Shown here: one piece after another, positions 52,092 to 61,888 of the stretch
How the letters are laid out: every line of letters starts with the position of its first letter
Numbering within the stretch: position 1 is the first letter of the stretch
Source of the DNA: Gemmatimonadota bacterium
Lineage (GTDB): Bacteria; Gemmatimonadota; Gemmatimonadetes; Gemmatimonadales; GWC2-71-9
Reading direction: 5' to 3'
Assembly: GCA_039588295.1 (NCBI GenBank)
Contig: JBDHAB010000007.1
Coordinates: 64,001 to 128,000 of the forward strand
Length of the DNA: 64,000 nucleotides
The notes under the pieces: generated by a model
Databases searched by the model: none
The model's input: only the letters and a program-made list of their open reading frames with translations
What the model was told of the DNA's origin: nothing
Program-made: the position numbers and the translations under genes

Positions 52092-53662
52092 CCGTCTCGA
52101 ATCGAGAACTCCAGGACGCGGTCTCTCGGCGGTTGTCCGAGCTAGACGAGCACCATGCCATTCAGCGTTTGTGGAACGGCGATCCCACGTTGTGGACGGA
52201 CGACCCGGCGGTGCCGGAGCTGGCCGATCGTCTCGGCTGGCTCACCGTGGGCTCCCTGGTTGCGGGAGAGGTGGAGCGGCTGGGGGCGTTCGCGGACAGC
52301 GTGCGTTCGCAGTTCGACCGGGTTGTGCTCCTCGGTATGGGCGGGTCGAGCCTCGCTCCGGAGGTCCTGTGGCGATTGATCGGGCGCAGACCCGGATTCC
52401 CGGTGTTCCAGATGCTGGACAGCACCCACCCTGCCGCCGTCCGAGAGATCACGAGCGGCGGTGACCTCGAGCGAACGTTGTTTGTCGTCTCGAGCAAGTC
52501 TGGCACGACCATCGAGACCGCGAGTTTCCTGCGACACTTCTGGCATGTGATGCGGGAACGAGGTGATCGATTCCTCGCTATCACCGATCCGGGAACGGCG
52601 CTCGAGCGGCTGGGTCGGGAGCGCGGGTTTCGCCGCGTGTTCTGCAACCCACCCGATGTCGGGGGCCGCTACTCGGCGCTGTCGTTGTTTGGCATGGTCC
52701 CGGCGGCGCTCTTCGGAGCCGACGTTCGACGGCTGCTTGATCGTGGTGAGGCCATGGCGGATTGCTGCTCGTCCGACACGAGCATCGCCGACAACCCCGG
52801 TGCGTCGTTGGGCGTCCTGATGGCCGAGGCTGCTCGTGGGGGTCGGGACAAGCTCACGCTCGTGCTGGAGGGCGAGCTCGCGAGTTTCGGACTCTGGGTC
52901 GAGCAGCTCGTCGCCGAAAGCATTGGGAAGGAAGGTACGGGCATCGTGCCCATCGTCTGCGAGCGACCCGATGCACAAGTCGGGCAGTGTGACGACCGGC
53001 TGTTCGTTACGATGGCCATGTCGGGACGGCGACCGGCGGCGATCCTGGATCGCGAGCTGGTGCTCGAGACGGGCGACCATCCGCTGGCGCGTATCGCCCT
53101 CGACGACCCGTACGATCTTGGCGGCGAGTTTTTCCGGTGGGAGTTTGCGACCGCCGTCGCCGGGGCCGTCCTTCGGGTGAATCCGTTTGATCAACCGAAC
53201 GTCGCCGAAAGCAAAGCGAACACCAAGCGCGTGCTTGCGGAGGGGTACGGTGGGGCCCGCCCGGATCGGCTTCGGCGGAGCGAACTCCTGGCATTCTTCG
53301 AGAACGTGCGAGCTGGAGATTACGTTTCGGTACAGGCGTTCTTGTCACCCAGCGCCGAGAGCGACGGTAGCCTCCGAGAGCTGTGTGGTGCGTTGCGTGA
53401 CCGACTGGACGTCCCAGTGACAGCGGGGTATGGGCCGCGCTACCTCCATTCCACGGGGCAGCTTCACAAAGGTGGTTCGGTGCGTGGACACTTCGTCCAG
53501 ATCATCGACGAACCGAGGCAGGACCTGCCGATCCCGGGGGAATCGTACAGCTTCGGCGGACTCATGACGGCGCAGGCGTTCGGTGACTACGAGGCCCTGC
53601 GGAAACGGGGACGTGCGGTGATCCGGGTAACCGGTCCGTCCGAACTGTTGGAACACCTGTAG
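52088..53662 (+). CDS. pgi: Glucose-6-phosphate isomerase (type resembling the Pgi half of Tal-Pgi fusions)
   Basis: [59 protein letters not shown]. Confidence 0.88.
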   Translation: MTVSNRELQDAVSRRLSELDEHHAIQRLWNGDPTLWTDDPAVPELADRLGWLTVGSLVAGEVERLGAFADSVRSQFDRVVLLGMGGSSLAPEVLWRLIGRRPGFPVFQMLDSTHPAAVREITSGGDLERTLFVVSSKSGTTIETASFLRHFWHVMRERGDRFLAITDPGTALERLGRERGFRRVFCNPPDVGGRYSALSLFGMVPAALFGADVRRLLDRGEAMADCCSSDTSIADNPGASLGVLMAEAARGGRDKLTLVLEGELASFGLWVEQLVAESIGKEGTGIVPIVCERPDAQVGQCDDRLFVTMAMSGRRPAAILDRELVLETGDHPLARIALDDPYDLGGEFFRWEFATAVAGAVLRVNPFDQPNVAESKANTKRVLAEGYGGARPDRLRRSELLAFFENVRAGDYVSVQAFLSPSAESDGSLRELCGALRDRLDVPVTAGYGPRYLHSTGQLHKGGSVRGHFVQIIDEPRQDLPIPGESYSFGGLMTAQAFGDYEALRKRGRAVIRVTGPSELLEHL

Positions 53663-53663
53663 G

Positions 53664-54338
53664 ATGTCCGCGGCGGAACAGAAACGGCGCGCGGCAGAAG
53701 CATCCGTCACGAGGGTGCGACCGGGGCAGGTCGTTGGCCTCGGTACGGGCTCCACGGCGGCGCTCGCGGTCGAAGCGATTGCTCGCAGGTTGGAGGCGGG
53801 GACCCTGCACGACGTCATCGGCATTCCGACGTCAACGCAAACCTGCGAGCTTGCGCGGTCACTGGGAGTTCCCCTGGGCACGCTGGACGATCACCCGACG
53901 GTCGACGTCACGATCGACGGTGCCGATGAAGTGGACCCCGACGGCAACCTGACCAAGGGCGGCGGCGGCGCGCTGCTCTGGGAGAAGATTGTGGCCGCGG
54001 CGTCTCAGCGGTACATCATCGTTGTCGATGAATCGAAGCTCGTACGACGGCTCGGCGTCCTGTGTGCGATCCCGATCGACGTCATGCCGTTCGGGTGGAA
54101 GACGCATCTCGACGCCGTGGAGGGCTTGGGTGGTGAGGCGGTGTTGCGAACGACGGGGGACGGGGCTCCGTTCGTCACGGACGGCGGACATTACATCATC
54201 GATTGCCACTTTGCCGATGGTCTCGCAGACCCGCAATGGGTCGAGCGTACGCTGCGCGCCCGACCGGGGGTGGTCGAGACGGGTCTCTTCCTGGGGATGT
54301 CGCCGGAGGTGATCGTCGGACGCGCGGATACACCGTGA
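53664..54338 (+). CDS. rpiA: Ribose-5-phosphate isomerase A
   Basis: GLGTGST, IDGADEVD, KGGGGALLWEKIV, PGVVETGLF. Confidence 0.95.
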   Translation: MSAAEQKRRAAEASVTRVRPGQVVGLGTGSTAALAVEAIARRLEAGTLHDVIGIPTSTQTCELARSLGVPLGTLDDHPTVDVTIDGADEVDPDGNLTKGGGGALLWEKIVAAASQRYIIVVDESKLVRRLGVLCAIPIDVMPFGWKTHLDAVEGLGGEAVLRTTGDGAPFVTDGGHYIIDCHFADGLADPQWVERTLRARPGVVETGLFLGMSPEVIVGRADTP

Positions 54339-55069
54339 GACGATTCGTCGTCCTCATCCTCGGAGTCCTAGCTGCGGTCGTGTGCGTGCGGTTGGGATTC
54401 TGGCAGCTCCAGCGACTGGCACAGCGGCGCGCGTCCAACGCGGTAATCGAGACGCGCCGTAGGGCGCCGTCGGTGGATCTCCTCAATACTGAGCCGAGCG
54501 CACTTCGGGGTGACACGCTTGCCTGGAGAAGAGCGACTGCGCGCGGTGCATTCGACTTCGAGCACGAGATTGTCGTGATGGTGCGACCATGGCGTGGCGT
54601 GCCCGGCGTGCATGTGGTAACGCCGCTTCGATTGTCTCCCAATCGAGCCGTCCTGGTCGAGCGGGGATGGGCGCCCTCTCCTGATGGCCGGAGCGTAGAT
54701 CTCTCGGCCCTCAGAGAGGATTCCGTGGCGACGGTTGAAGGGGTTCTCCGAGGGCGAAGCTCAACGGTGATGGCCGGTCACGCGTCGACCTGGCCGATGA
54801 ACGTGCGGACCATCAGCCCCGATGCGCTCGCGTCTGCTTATCCGTATGAACTCCTTCGCGTGGTGCTACGTCGGACGACCGAGCCGCCCGAGACTCCCGG
54901 CGTGATGACGGTGATCGAGCTCCCGGAGCTCACGAACGGCCCGCATCTCTCCTACGCGATCCAGTGGTTCACCTTCGCGACGATTGCGCTGGTGGGGTCG
55001 GTCACCTTGAGTGTCAGGGGAGGGACGAGAGAGAAGAGAGAAGGGAGAAGGGAGAAGGAAGCAGGGTGA
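54335..55069 (+). CDS. SURF1 family protein
   Basis: RLGFWQLQR, VVTPL, VLVERGW, HLSYAIQWF; GTGA overlap with rpiA. Confidence 0.88.
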   Translation: MRRFVVLILGVLAAVVCVRLGFWQLQRLAQRRASNAVIETRRRAPSVDLLNTEPSALRGDTLAWRRATARGAFDFEHEIVVMVRPWRGVPGVHVVTPLRLSPNRAVLVERGWAPSPDGRSVDLSALREDSVATVEGVLRGRSSTVMAGHASTWPMNVRTISPDALASAYPYELLRVVLRRTTEPPETPGVMTVIELPELTNGPHLSYAIQWFTFATIALVGSVTLSVRGGTREKREGRREKEAG

Positions 55070-55080
55070 AGGGATAGGGA
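55020..55080. repeat. Heptamer-periodic purine tract (consensus gaaggga)
   Basis: cgagaga gaagaga gaaggga gaaggga gaaggaa gcagggt gaaggga. Confidence 0.7.
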
Positions 55081-55184
55081 AGAAAAGAGGATCCGTCGCC
55101 ACCCCCACCGCTATTGACTTCGCCTGGCCCAGCCGGCAGACTCGCACGGGTCTATCCATTTCACGCGACGACAAGGAGCTCCCC

Positions 55185-56480
55185 GTGTTCACCCGACGCG
55201 ACTTCGTGCGCTCCATGTTCTCAACGGCGGCGGTATCGCTGCCCGCCCTCAAGAACGACGGCCTCGTCCGCGTCTCGGCACTCGATGGTGCCGCTGCGGG
55301 GCGGAGCCCCGAAGCGATCGCCTCCGACGAAGACTTCTGGTATCAGGTGCAGCAGGCGTTCACGGTCGACCGAAGTCTCGTCAATCTCAACAACGGCGGT
55401 GTGTGCCCCAGCCCTCGGGTCGTGCAGGATGCCATGCGCAGGCACCTGGAGTTCTCGAATCAGGCACCGGTCTACACGATGTGGCGTGTACTCGAACCGC
55501 AGATCGAGAGCGTGCGACAGCGCCTGGCCGGCACGTTCGGCTGCGATCCCGAGGAGATGGCAATCACACGGAACGCGAGCGAAGCGCTGGAAGCCGTACA
55601 GCTCGGGCTCGACCTCCGGTCCGGTGACGAAGTACTCACGACCGACCAGGACTACGGCAGGATGCTTACCACGTGGGACCAGCGTCGTCGTCGCGAGGGT
55701 GTGGTGGTGAAGAGCGTACCATTCCAGACGCCACCTCCCTCGATGCAACATCTGGTGGACATCTTCGAGGAAGCCATCACTCCGCGCACACGGGTCATTC
55801 ACTTCTGCCACATCACGAACCTGTCGGGCCAGATCTTCCCCGTGCGGGACATCTGTCGCCTGGCCCGCTCGCGCGGAATCCCGACGATCGTGGATGGTGC
55901 CCACGCGTTCGCCCACTTTCCGTTCACGCGCGATGATCTGGAGTGCGACTACTACGGCACGTCGCTGCACAAGTGGCTGCTTGCTCCACATGGGACGGGC
56001 TTCCTGTACTGTAAGCGGGAGAACATCGAGAAGGTGTGGCCGCTCATGGCGGCGCCCGAGTCGATGAACGATAACATTCGTAAGTTCGAGGAAATCGGCA
56101 CCCATCCCGCTGCCAATCATAACGCCATCGCGGAAGCGCTCACCTTCCACCAGGGTATCGGTGCGGAGCGCAAGGCGGCCCGGCTCCGCTACCTCAGAGA
56201 TCGGTGGATGAAACGCCTCGACGGGCAGCCTGGAGTGATTCTGCACACGAGCTATGACCCGGCGATGTCATGCGGCCTCGCCAATGTAGGGCTCGAGGGC
56301 GTCGATCCAGGCGCGCTCACCACTCATCTCTGGGCACAGTACCGCATCATCGTGACCCCCATCGGCCATCCCGCCTGTACCGGGATCCGGGTGACTCCCA
56401 ACGTGTACACGACGTTGGAGGAAATAGACCGGTTCGTCGAAGCCATGGAGCTGGTGGTGCAGAAGGGTCTGCCAGCCTAG
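55185..56480 (+). CDS. Class V PLP-dependent enzyme (isopenicillin N epimerase/cysteine desulfurase-like) with twin-arginine signal
   Basis: TRRDFV leader after AAGGAG; NLNNGGVCPSP, VDGAH, SLHKWLLAPHGTG. Confidence 0.85.
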   Translation: MFTRRDFVRSMFSTAAVSLPALKNDGLVRVSALDGAAAGRSPEAIASDEDFWYQVQQAFTVDRSLVNLNNGGVCPSPRVVQDAMRRHLEFSNQAPVYTMWRVLEPQIESVRQRLAGTFGCDPEEMAITRNASEALEAVQLGLDLRSGDEVLTTDQDYGRMLTTWDQRRRREGVVVKSVPFQTPPPSMQHLVDIFEEAITPRTRVIHFCHITNLSGQIFPVRDICRLARSRGIPTIVDGAHAFAHFPFTRDDLECDYYGTSLHKWLLAPHGTGFLYCKRENIEKVWPLMAAPESMNDNIRKFEEIGTHPAANHNAIAEALTFHQGIGAERKAARLRYLRDRWMKRLDGQPGVILHTSYDPAMSCGLANVGLEGVDPGALTTHLWAQYRIIVTPIGHPACTGIRVTPNVYTTLEEIDRFVEAMELVVQKGLPA

Positions 56481-56549
56481 GTGTTGCTGGCCGCAATCCG
56501 GTGTCCGTCGCGCCGTTGAGACCGATATCGGATCGCGGCTGGACAACGT

Positions 56550-56818
56550 CTACTCCCTCAAGGGAGCCAACCCCTCTCTGCCGACGGCGCCAACGGCCGT
56601 CTTGACCATCTCGCCCTGCTCGCATCGGCCGAAGAATGGAATCGAGCGAATGCCGCATCGCTGACGCACGCAGGGGGGCGATGGGTGTCTACCTTCGCGA
56701 CGAGTAGCCGCCCGACATTCTGTGATGCGAGCTCGTTGAGCACGGGTGCCATCGTCCAACACGGCCCAGACCAGTCGGCGCAGGTGTCGCCAAGCACGGG
56801 GATATCCGACTTAAGCAC
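56550..56818 (-). pseudogene. Frameshifted, degenerate thioredoxin
   Basis: Frame 1: SDIPVLGDTCADWSGPCWTMAPVLNELA...LLVAKVDT; after a shift near 56670, QRCGIRSIPFF...GEMVKTAVGA. Confidence 0.75.
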
Positions 56819-56963
56819 ACTGCATGGGGTCGGGATGCCCGGATCTTCCGTGAAGCCGGTTTCACAGTCTCCGTCAGCCGGCGTTCATGCCGGTCCGGTT
56901 AGACTTGACCGCTCGACCTGGGGTACGCAATCGTTGTGTAGACGCGTTGGCGGGAGGCAAACG

Positions 56964-58313
56964 GTGTCGCGATACAAAGGTCGCCAGGTCGGCGACAAGA
57001 CGCTCAAGCCCGAGAGCATGATGATGAGTTACGGGTACGATCCGATGCTCTCGGAAGGGGCGATGAAATGCCCGATTTTCCAAACGTCCACGTTTGTGTT
57101 CAAGACCGCAGAGGATGGCAAGGCGTTCTTCGAGCTCGCGCTGGGGCTGAGGGAGAAAGGGCCGACGGAGGAGCTAGGCCTCATCTACAGCCGGCTCAAC
57201 AATCCGGATCTCGAAATACTCGAGGACCGTCTCTGCCTGTGGGACCAAGGCGAGGAAGCTGCCGTGTTCCAGAGCGGGATGGCCGCCATTGCAACCTGCC
57301 TGCTCGCGTATCTGCGTCCCGGAGACGTCCTGGTTCACAGCGACCCGGTGTACGGAGGCACCGACTACCTGGTCAAACACTACCTCCCCGAGTTCGGCGT
57401 GGACGTCGTGGGGTTCCCTGCCGGCGTACCGAACGCCGACGTGATGGACACGGTTGGCGAGCAAGTCGCCGGTCGGCGGGTACCAGTGATCCTGATCGAA
57501 ACACCCTCCAACCCGACGAATTGTCTCGTGGACATCGAGGGAACCGTGAGCCTCGCGCGAATGCTCGGTTCGGGTGGCGAACGTCCCGTCGTCATGGTCG
57601 ACAACACGTTCCTCGGGCCGTTGTTCCAGCACCCGCTCAGGCATGGTGCCGATCTGGCGATCTACTCGGCTACCAAGTTCCTGGGAGGACACAGCGACGT
57701 GGTGGCCGGTGCGTGTGTGGGAACCGAAGAGGTGGTGGAACGGATCCGCACGCTGCGCACCTTCATCGGCACGGCAGCGGGTCCGTGGACTGGGTGGCTC
57801 CTGCTGCGAAGCCTCGAGACGCTCAAGATGCGCATGACCGCACAAATGAAGAACGCGCAGTACGTCGCGGCGCACCTCAGCGAGCATCCCAAGGTTCGCC
57901 ACGTGAACTACCTCGGTCTGATGTCGGAAGACAACCCGATGTACGAGGTGTACCGCAAGCAATGCGCCGCGCCGGGCTCGCTGATCGCGTTCGAGATTGA
58001 GGGAGGTGAAAAGGAGGCATTCGAATTCTTGAACGCGTTGCAGCTCATCAGCCTCGCCGTGAGCCTTGGCGGCACCGAGTCATTGGCGGAGCACCCGGCG
58101 TCCATGACCCATGCGGATGTCTCGCCGGACGACCGGAAGCGACTTGGCATCACACCATCATTGGTCCGGGTCTCCATCGGCGTCGAGCACTTTGAGGATT
58201 TGATCGCCGACGTCGACCAGGCGTTGGCGGCGGTGGGCAGCCCCAAGAAGACAGCCAAAAAGAAGAAGACCGTCACCGGGCCGGGGTCGGTCAAAGCAAG
58301 AGCCGCGCGCTGA
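56964..58313 (+). CDS. Cys/Met metabolism PLP enzyme (cystathionine gamma-synthase / methionine gamma-lyase family)
   Basis: PIFQTSTF, YSRLNNP, SGMAAI, ETPSNPT, VDNTF, SATKFLGGHSD, AVSLGGTESL; GGAGG RBS. Confidence 0.9.
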   Translation: MSRYKGRQVGDKTLKPESMMMSYGYDPMLSEGAMKCPIFQTSTFVFKTAEDGKAFFELALGLREKGPTEELGLIYSRLNNPDLEILEDRLCLWDQGEEAAVFQSGMAAIATCLLAYLRPGDVLVHSDPVYGGTDYLVKHYLPEFGVDVVGFPAGVPNADVMDTVGEQVAGRRVPVILIETPSNPTNCLVDIEGTVSLARMLGSGGERPVVMVDNTFLGPLFQHPLRHGADLAIYSATKFLGGHSDVVAGACVGTEEVVERIRTLRTFIGTAAGPWTGWLLLRSLETLKMRMTAQMKNAQYVAAHLSEHPKVRHVNYLGLMSEDNPMYEVYRKQCAAPGSLIAFEIEGGEKEAFEFLNALQLISLAVSLGGTESLAEHPASMTHADVSPDDRKRLGITPSLVRVSIGVEHFEDLIADVDQALAAVGSPKKTAKKKKTVTGPGSVKARAAR

Positions 58314-58326
58314 ACGCGCGCGGCTC
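58300..58326. terminator. 11-bp hairpin spanning the stop codon, between convergent genes
   Basis: gagccgcgcgc-tgaac-gcgcgcggctc. Confidence 0.65.
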
Positions 58327-58368
58327 CTTACGCTTTAATACGGGCGGTTGACCACCGACTGTGGTGGG

Positions 58369-58953
58369 TCAGCCGCTCGCTGTTACGCTCTGCCCGCAGA
58401 CCGTACCGGTGACTGTCAGGTTCGTGAAGTCGATCCCAACGTTCAACGCGCAGGAGCCGGAGCGACCGTCACTCGATGTGTAGCTGAACCCACCTCCCAT
58501 GTTGTAGCTACCACTGATCGCGAATTCCGGCCCGATCGTGACCTCGCCATCGATCGTGATCCTCGGCGCTCCATTCATCGTGAACGTGACGGCGTTGTGG
58601 ACGACGCCACAGTCGTTGATCTCCTCTCGCAGTGTGAAGGTGATCGTGCCCAAGCCGTTCTGGTCCAGGTTGTCGTCGGCATTACCCGACACGGTAACCG
58701 TACCGCCGGCCGGGCAATTGCCGGTGGACTCAGGAATCGGCACGGCCATGATCCCCGCGGGGAGTACGGCGGGTGGAGCTGTGACCCCGCCCAGTGCGGC
58801 TGCGACCGCTGTCTGGAGTTCGGAAAAGACCGCGAACGCCTCGTCGGCCTCCAGTAGGTCACCGCTATTGACGCCGGTCGTGTCTTCGCCGCACGCGGCA
58901 AAGACAAGGGTGAGACCGGCGAGGACGGTGCAGAATCGAGTGGTCTTTCTCAT
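58369..58953 (-). CDS. Hypothetical lipoprotein
   Basis: GGAGG RBS; lipobox VFAAC; beta-rich with CPAGG and paired cysteines. Confidence 0.8.
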   Translation of the reverse strand: MRKTTRFCTVLAGLTLVFAACGEDTTGVNSGDLLEADEAFAVFSELQTAVAAALGGVTAPPAVLPAGIMAVPIPESTGNCPAGGTVTVSGNADDNLDQNGLGTITFTLREEINDCGVVHNAVTFTMNGAPRITIDGEVTIGPEFAISGSYNMGGGFSYTSSDGRSGSCALNVGIDFTNLTVTGTVCGQSVTASG

Positions 58954-59163
58954 GCATCCTCCAGGAGGCTCGGGTAGCTTGGTTTGCGAGCTGGCATGCC
59001 TGGTGCCAATCGAAACCAAACTAGAAGGTTCGGGATCGAACGCAATGCCGACGGCCGCCAGCTGCGCTGGAGATCGTGCTGCGCTGCCCAGTATTGTGGC
59101 TGAAGTCGGTGAAACTCGGTGTGACACGCATCACCGGTAGCGGGGCGAGGACGCTGTCCCGCC

Positions 59164-61888
59164 CTACGGCACGACGTTGACCGTTCGCACCCCGTTGGCC
59201 GTCGTCGTGATGAAGCCGATCGTGTCGGCGGTGACGGTCGTGCTCCCCACCGTGAGCGGGTCGAATGCTACCCCACCGGCGGCCACCGAGCTGGGCGTCT
59301 GCGTCGCACCTACGGCGATCTGCACCGTCACCGAGCCGCCCGTGAGCGTGGAAGTCACGAGCTGCCCGACCACGTCGTCACTGCTGGTAACGGTGACTGT
59401 GAGCGCACTGCCACCGGCTCGGATGGCCTGCAATTCGTTCAGGAATGTCTGGCTCCCGTTGGGAACCCCCACTCGCACGACAAACAGATCATCAGCGGCC
59501 CCCACGGTGGGATTGAGGTTGAGCCCGCTGATGTCGAGCGCCGGCTGCACGATGGTCTTCGTCGTCGAGCCGTCGGTAAACCCGCTTGCCCGGGCGGTGA
59601 AGGTCACCGTGCCGGTCTGACCCTCGACGCCCTGGACGTAGTAACTGAAGGTCGTCTGACCATCGGACAGCGAGACGATGATCGACTCGGTGCCCGGTGT
59701 GCTGGCGTCGGGCGCCACCAGGGCGACTGTCGGATTTGAGCTCGTGATCACGACGTCGACGCCGCCGTGATTCGACAACCGCTGCAGGCCCGCCCCCACC
59801 GTCACCGGCGACAGGTTGATCCCCGGCGCCGAGACCGTCACCGTCCGCGTCCCATTCGTCACGGTGGCAAACGCCGGATGCGACGCGGTGACCGTCGTGC
59901 TGCCCGTCGTGAGCGGGTCGAACGCCACCCCGCCGGCCGCCACGCTGCTGGGCGACTGGGTCCCGCCAACCCCGATCTGGACCGTCACCGAGCCGCTCGT
60001 GAGCGTGGAGGTCACGAGTTGGCCGACGGTGGCACTACTGCTCGTGACCGTGACGGTAATCGGGCTGCCGCCGGCCCGGATGGCCTGCAACTCGTTCAGG
60101 AACGTCAGGCCCGCATTCGGCACGCCGACCCGCACGACAAACGGATCGTCCGGCGAGAGCGTGGTGGTGCTGGTGCCGAGCCCGGTGATGTCGAGTCCCG
60201 GCCGCACGATCGTCTTGGTCGCGCTGTTCGTCGTGAAGCCCGGGGCCGACACCGTGAAGGTGGTCGTGGCGGTCCCGGTGTCGGCCACCCCCTCGACGCC
60301 CTGGACGTAGTACACGAAGCTCGTCTGGCCGTCGGGCACGGGCACGGTGATTGACGTGGCGCCCGGTGTCGTGGCGTCGGGTGCGACCTGCGCGACCGCC
60401 GGATCGTCACTCGTGATCACGACGTCGACGCCGCCGTGGTTCGAGGCCCCGAGACTCCCACTCCAGAACCGCTGCAGGCCCGCCCCGACCGTCAATGGCG
60501 ACAGGTTGATCCCCGGCGCCGAGACCGTCACCGTCCGCGCCCCATTCGTCACGGTGGCAAACGCCGGATTTGACGCGGTGACCGTCGTGCTCCCTTCCGC
60601 GAGCGGGTCGAACGCCACCCCGCCGGCCGCCACCGAGCTGGGCGACTGGGTCGCGCCAACCCCGATCTGGACCGTCACGCTCCGACTCGTATCCGGTGTC
60701 GTGACGAGTTGTCCGGCCGGGCTACTACTCGTGACCGTGACGGTAATCGGGTTGCCACCGGCTCGGATGGCCTGCAACTCGTTCAGGAACGTCAGGCCCG
60801 CATTCGGCACGCCGACCCGCACGACAAACGCGTCGTCCGGCGAGAGCGTGGTGGTGCTGGTGCCGAGCCCGGTGATGTCGAGCCCCGGCCGCACGATCGT
60901 CTTGGTCGCGCTGTTCGTCGTGAAGCCCGGGGCCGACACCGTGAAGGTGGTGGTCGCCGTCCCGGTGTCGGCCACCCCCTCGACCCCCTGGACGTAGTAC
61001 ACGAAGCTCGTCTGGCCGTCGGACAGCGAGACGATGATCGACTCGGTGCCCGGTGTGCTGGCGTCGGGCGCCACCAGGGCGACTGTCGGATTTGAGCTCG
61101 TGATCACGACGTCGACGCCGCCGTGATTCGACTCCCGCTCCAGAACCGCTGCAGGCCCGCCCCCACCGTCACGCCCGACAGGTTGATCCCCGGCGCCGAG
61201 ACCGTCACCGTCCGCGCCCCGTTCGTCACGGTGGCAAACGCCGGATTTGACGCGGTGACCGTCGTGCTGCCTGCCGTGAGCGGGTCGAACGCCACCCCGC
61301 CGGCCGCCACGCTGCTGGGCGACTGGGTCCCGCCAACCCCGATCTGCACCGTCACCGAGCCGCTCGTATCCGGTGTCGTGACGAGTTCCCCGACCAGTGG
61401 ATCGCTACTACTGACGGTGATCGTGACCGGGCTGCCGCCGGCCCGGATGGCCTGCAACTCGTTCAGGAACGTCAGGCCCGCATTCGGCACGCCGACCCGC
61501 ACGACAAACGGATCGTCCGGCGAGAGCGTGGTGGTGTTGAGGGTGAGCCCGCTGATGTCGAGCCCCGGCCGCACGATCGTCTTGGTCGCGCTGTTCGTCG
61601 TGAAGCCTGGGGCCGACACCGTGAAGGTGGTGGTCGCCGTCCCGGTGTCGGCTACCGCCTCGACCCCCTGGACGTAGTACACGAAGCTCGTCTGGCCGTC
61701 GAGCAGCGACACGATGATCGAATCGGTGCCCGCGGTGCTGGCGTCGGGCGCCACCTGGGCGACCGCTGGGTTGTCGCTCTTGACCACGACATCCACGCCG
61801 CCGTGATTCGACGCCCCGAGACTTCCACTCCAGAACCGCTGGAGACCCGCCCCGACCGTTACGCCCGACAGGTTGATCCCCGGCGCCG
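59164..61888 (-). repeat. Four tandem ~690-bp coding repeats
   Basis: Anchor ggttgatccccggcgcc at 61871, 61181, 60504 and 59814 (spacings 690, 677, 690). Confidence 0.95.

Noticed and set aside
61104..61140. Programmed ribosomal frameshift, or two separate genes
   Set aside because: No slippery sequence; comparison with sister repeats shows a plain 10-nt deletion.
59164..61888. CRISPR array or diversity-generating retroelement
   Set aside because: The repeats are ~690-bp coding units without spacers; no cas or reverse transcriptase gene and no evident adenine-specific variation.
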